DNA of 46,208 nucleotides from an uncultured bacterium (GTDB lineage Bacteria; DAOPZR01): NCBI GenBank assembly GCA_964637655.1, contig CAZWUZ010000002.1, positions 1 to 46,208 of the forward strand, read 5' to 3'. Shown piece by piece: positions 43,501 to 46,208 of this stretch (position 1 is its first letter; each line of letters starts with the position of its first letter). The notes under the pieces were generated by a model. It saw only the letters and a program-made list of their open reading frames with translations, ran no database searches and was not told where the DNA came from. The position numbers and the translations under genes were made by a program.

Positions 43501-46208
43501 CTTCGCGGCCGGCGGCGCGCTTGTCGACCGCTGTCGCATCGAAAACGCGCTGCAGTCCGGCATCGAAATCAACGGGGCGACAGGCGCAACCATTGACCAC
43601 AGCAGTATCTCCGGCAACGCGGCAAGCGGAGTGTTCCTGCTCAATGCTTCGGGTTGCCGCGTGACCGGCAATGACATTTCCGGGAACACGATGCGCGGTA
43701 TCTCGCTGCAGGGTGGCAGCGGCAGCAACAACAACAGCATCCGGCATAACCGGATAACCGGCAACACGGGAGTGTTCGGCTACGGCATTCAACTTGCCGC
43801 ACCTGCCAGTGGCAATGAAATCGTCGCCAACGAAATCAGCGGCAACGACGCCTATGCAGTGTTCTGCGAGGGCCAGCCCGGCCCCAACACGGTTACGCGC
43901 AACCTGTTGCTGGCTGCCACGGGGACTGATTCCGGGTTGCTGTGTGACGGTGGCGATGCCCAGAACTTCAGTCGCAACTGGTGGGGAACAACAGATTCCG
44001 CCGTGCTGCGCGCTCAGTTGCACGGCAGCGGGGCCGATTCCGTCATGTATACGCCATGGCGTCTCGGGCCGGCGGACACGGCGGCAGGTGCCGATACGAT
44101 CGCGCCGCGCGCGCCGGATACTGTGGCTGCGACCGGCGGCAGCAACATCACCTTGACTTGGAGCACCGCGACCACGAATGAAGAAGCGGGCGGCGCGCTG
44201 ATTGACCTTGCCGGCTACCGGGTCTATCGCAGCACGACCTCCGGCACCTCATACTGGGCGACCATCGGCGGGGCGGCCGGCACCAGCTATACCGACTCCA
44301 CCGCCACGGCCGGAATGACCTACTACTACCGGGTCACCGCTTACGACAACCACAGCCCGTGGCCGAACGAGTCCTTCTACAGCGACAGCATCGCCTCGGG
44401 CATGGCGGCTGACACTACCGGCCCGAACAACTGGTACGTAAATATCACCACGGGTGATACTGCCAACGACGGCTTGTCGGCCGGATTTGCGAAAAAATAC
44501 ATCAGCAATATCACGCTCGGTACGCTGCGCCAGACGGGAAGTTCGCTCCTGAGCGCGGGCGACACGGTCAACATCGCGAACGGGACCTACAGCGAAACGG
44601 TGGTAATAGACGCTGACAGCGTGACGCTGTCGGGTGCGGGCTATGTTTCGACGCAAATCCGGTCGGCGGGCAAGGGCAATGTTATCATGGCGACGAACCG
44701 CAGCGGCCTGCGCTTCCGGGCTTTGGCCGTGAGCATCCCCCAGGCGGCCAGCACGGGCATTCGTCTTGATACGGTTGCTTTTGCCGAAGTCAGCGGATGC
44801 AGTATCGGCAATTGCGGCAGCAACGGCATCCTGTTCAACAACTGCGCATGGGGACTAGTATATAACAACCTGTTCGATTCCAATAACGCCAGCCATGTCA
44901 CCTTGAGCGGCATGTTCACGGTGAACACGCGGGTTGATTCCAATACGATGCGCAACGCGAAGACCTATGCGGTGTATTTGAACTACGCCAACAATGACAC
45001 GATAAGTAACAACCTTATCGAAGGCAGCCAGTCACACGCGCTCTGGTTGCTGAATGCCGATACCAATTGCATTATCGGGAATCGCGTTTATAACGGCGGC
45101 CCGGCCGCCTACGGTCTGCGCCTCGCCACATCACTGAAAAATTATATCCACGATAATGATTTTGATTCACAGGTCATGGCCCATGTTTACATCGGATCAG
45201 CCAACAACGTCATCGATTCGAACCTGCTCCGCAACGGTCTGGCTGAAGGCATCAGTCTGGTCGCTGATTCGAACACGGTTTCCGGCAACCGCATCATCAA
45301 TAACGCGGTGCACGCAGTGTACCTGAGCGGGGCCGACACCACGGTCGTGACCGGCAACTTTATGCAGAACAATCGCGGCAGCGCGCTGTATATCAGCGGC
45401 GCTTATTGCAACCGGGGGTATGACAACAATTGCGACTCCAACGCCGCCGCGCAGATAGTCCTGACCGGGGCGGCGAGCATCGGCAACACCATTGATTCGA
45501 ACCTGCTGACGAACGGCGACTCGTACGGCATCTACACGGATGCCGACTCGAATACCTTCAGCAATAACCGGATTCTGAACAGCCGGTCGCACGGCATCTA
45601 CTGCAGTTTGGCGGACACCAACCAGATCGCCGGCAATTACATTTACAATTCGTGGGCCAACGCCTACGGACTGTATTTCGTCAGCGCGAAAGATAATTAC
45701 GTGTACAATAATGCCATAGACTCGACCGCCAGCGACGGGATATATGTATTTAGTACCGCAGTGAACAATAAATTTGATTCTAACCTGGTGACGAACGGCA
45801 TAATGCGCGGGATATATACGACCGCGGACTCGAACACTTATTGCAATAACCGCATGTTAAACAATAAGAGCTACGGCATCTATTTTGCCGGAGCGGACTC
45901 GAATACGGTGGTCGGTAATTACATCTATAATTCCTGGAACAGCGTGGACGGGATATGGCTGAGCGGCGCGAATGCGAATTATGTTTTCAATAACTGGGTC
46001 GACTCCAGTTCGAGCAACAACATATTCGTCAACAGCACCTCGCAGAATAATATTATTGATTCGAATCTGGCCACCAACAGCGGGTGGAGCGGAATTTCCA
46101 CGATATCCGACTCCAATGTCTTCAGCAACAACCGGGTGACCGGCAGCCATACCTACGGTATCTATCTTAACGGGGCGGATTCGAGTACGGTCAGCGGCAA
46201 TATCGTGA
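40556..46208 (+). CDS. Giant secreted protein (>1880 aa, runs off the window): six-blade Kelch propeller, then repeated right-handed beta-helix (NosD-like) + FN3 modules
   Basis: Open frame from ATG 40556 to the window end. Signal peptide ends VPAAA. Six LYVVAG/IFVAGG-type blades, GIY..N..NN.I..N coils, and two DT.AP..P..LTW..Y.VYR..YRVTAYD FN3 domains. Confidence 0.9.
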   Translation, partial: MRPETAGTARPFGLWCTLFFVLVLCWGIPVPAAALTWSTGTPLPFTLVSAASVKLGDTLYVVAGTANGIETGAVWGYSPARGWVSGGALPYTCKRVAAAAYGSETIFVAGGTINITDTAAFTAFNVRTGASVSYTPLPATLSRGVAVVFGDTLYIIGGRFNASSGYDTVYSYYLPQGPTGMWRENAIAHLIDGREQHVAFVANNGIYLAGGFRSVGAATVGSMYFYNFGGDTWLTRPAMPQPREQAGWAQTADTVYVIAGTSDGIDSVPTVYAFRLAAEAWTTETSLPAARKLLVGGALGDTIYAVGGMNSVSLASVDAAGVPAPAAGFSDGGSVTVFVSNLGDSSNPVSGDTTSAFGGISEAMAALDPANGVDTIIVYSYYDPASPGDDSYTLTVPVYCDTGVTLTSYFALYGQDTGGGADTWAKISHNSDTTVIRATPGENITIRGFILDGGIGKYTGTNHYALSVSRGCLIEQVELYGFFRAFSIGGGNTVSQVYSHDNEDNAVWTNSGAGSTSFSNCSFSNEGKKAFYFVAGASGHTVSNTVMENCEAGVWAVATADNNSFIGNSIAGSSDIGMYIEGDNSRVSSNRIAGNGAGGFEFAGTTTGYLQQNDIVNNDSYAISLTGTLSGIAINRNNIAPSTALPDSGIYADATGSDTFDLLRNYWHTTNEDSIAGWLHGSSADSIAWYPYRLGRVDTAAGADTVAPASPSGLAADTSTGGQLTLTWTGVTLNEDGSACADLAAYNVYRCTAALAPVADWKAVYLGSSPDTMYVDTMVMAGVTYCYRVTAYDNHSPWENESFFSDTVTVTAAAIDTFGPNQWYVSTAGDTANDGLTWGTAKRYLGNLLRGSCNQAGPILLTQGDTVNLGAGTWSETVSIGTHYVALVGQDSAATSIDLLDSSAPGKPAAITATGVIGATIANLQVGNAAYGILLNNADNAMVSAVTVGNCLYNGVRIYIGADSAVLSNCHLDGAGEDALLIFAAGGALVDRCRIENALQSGIEINGATGATIDHSSISGNAASGVFLLNASGCRVTGNDISGNTMRGISLQGGSGSNNNSIRHNRITGNTGVFGYGIQLAAPASGNEIVANEISGNDAYAVFCEGQPGPNTVTRNLLLAATGTDSGLLCDGGDAQNFSRNWWGTTDSAVLRAQLHGSGADSVMYTPWRLGPADTAAGADTIAPRAPDTVAATGGSNITLTWSTATTNEEAGGALIDLAGYRVYRSTTSGTSYWATIGGAAGTSYTDSTATAGMTYYYRVTAYDNHSPWPNESFYSDSIASGMAADTTGPNNWYVNITTGDTANDGLSAGFAKKYISNITLGTLRQTGSSLLSAGDTVNIANGTYSETVVIDADSVTLSGAGYVSTQIRSAGKGNVIMATNRSGLRFRALAVSIPQAASTGIRLDTVAFAEVSGCSIGNCGSNGILFNNCAWGLVYNNLFDSNNASHVTLSGMFTVNTRVDSNTMRNAKTYAVYLNYANNDTISNNLIEGSQSHALWLLNADTNCIIGNRVYNGGPAAYGLRLATSLKNYIHDNDFDSQVMAHVYIGSANNVIDSNLLRNGLAEGISLVADSNTVSGNRIINNAVHAVYLSGADTTVVTGNFMQNNRGSALYISGAYCNRGYDNNCDSNAAAQIVLTGAASIGNTIDSNLLTNGDSYGIYTDADSNTFSNNRILNSRSHGIYCSLADTNQIAGNYIYNSWANAYGLYFVSAKDNYVYNNAIDSTASDGIYVFSTAVNNKFDSNLVTNGIMRGIYTTADSNTYCNNRMLNNKSYGIYFAGADSNTVVGNYIYNSWNSVDGIWLSGANANYVFNNWVDSSSSNNIFVNSTSQNNIIDSNLATNSGWSGISTISDSNVFSNNRVTGSHTYGIYLNGADSSTVSGNIV
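42903..44387 (+). repeat. Internal module duplication; 72-bp near-identical segments 1413 bp apart
   Basis: 42903-42974 and 44316-44387 both encode TYxYRVTAYDNHSPWxNESFxSD. Confidence 0.85.
44933..46208 (+). repeat. Tandem 93-94 aa (279-282 bp) beta-helix super-repeats
   Basis: xDSN anchors at 44933, 45212, 45491, 45773 and 46055. Confidence 0.8.

Noticed and set aside
40445..46150. Short ORFs listed in the track across the 3' region
   Set aside because: All lie within or opposite the single giant + strand frame starting at 40556.
1..46208. CRISPR arrays, tRNA or rRNA genes
   Set aside because: No regularly spaced repeat-spacer pattern or RNA-gene-like sequence was seen, and intergenic space is minimal.

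Overview
High-GC bacterial window, probably from a diderm because it carries an OmpH/Skp homologue. It has two N-gaps (1581-1680 and 24867-24876). Bases 1-26243 are the distal part of one tightly coupled + strand surface-glycan operon. The operon encodes a nonulosonic-acid core (short NeuB, three cytidylyltransferases, a LegB-like dehydratase, an NTP transferase, a GNAT), five radical SAM enzymes (three SPASM/twitch, two B12-binding), two PLP enzymes, two methyltransferases, two SGNH proteins, a deacetylase, a CgeB-type glycosyltransferase, three large unassigned GT-B-like proteins and an unannotated, doubly coupled 30-aa microprotein ending DIYPLW. Next come Dabb, sugE (W62R), an MBL hydrolase and pdp. 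A complete 1753-bp IS (17-bp IRs, 5-bp TSD) abuts the pdp -35 box. A cell-envelope cluster follows (class-A-like serine hydrolase, HTH-TM-TPR, PBP1A, NHL, OmpH, PASTA), then a second SpsF/PseG pair. The window ends inside a >1880-aa secreted Kelch/beta-helix/FN3 protein that is missing from the ORF track and is extremely rich in D-S/T motifs. Best candidate for a new system: a radical-SAM-tailored nonulosonate glycan, possibly displayed on this D-S/T-rich surface protein. All family assignments come from motif recognition by eye; no searches were run.
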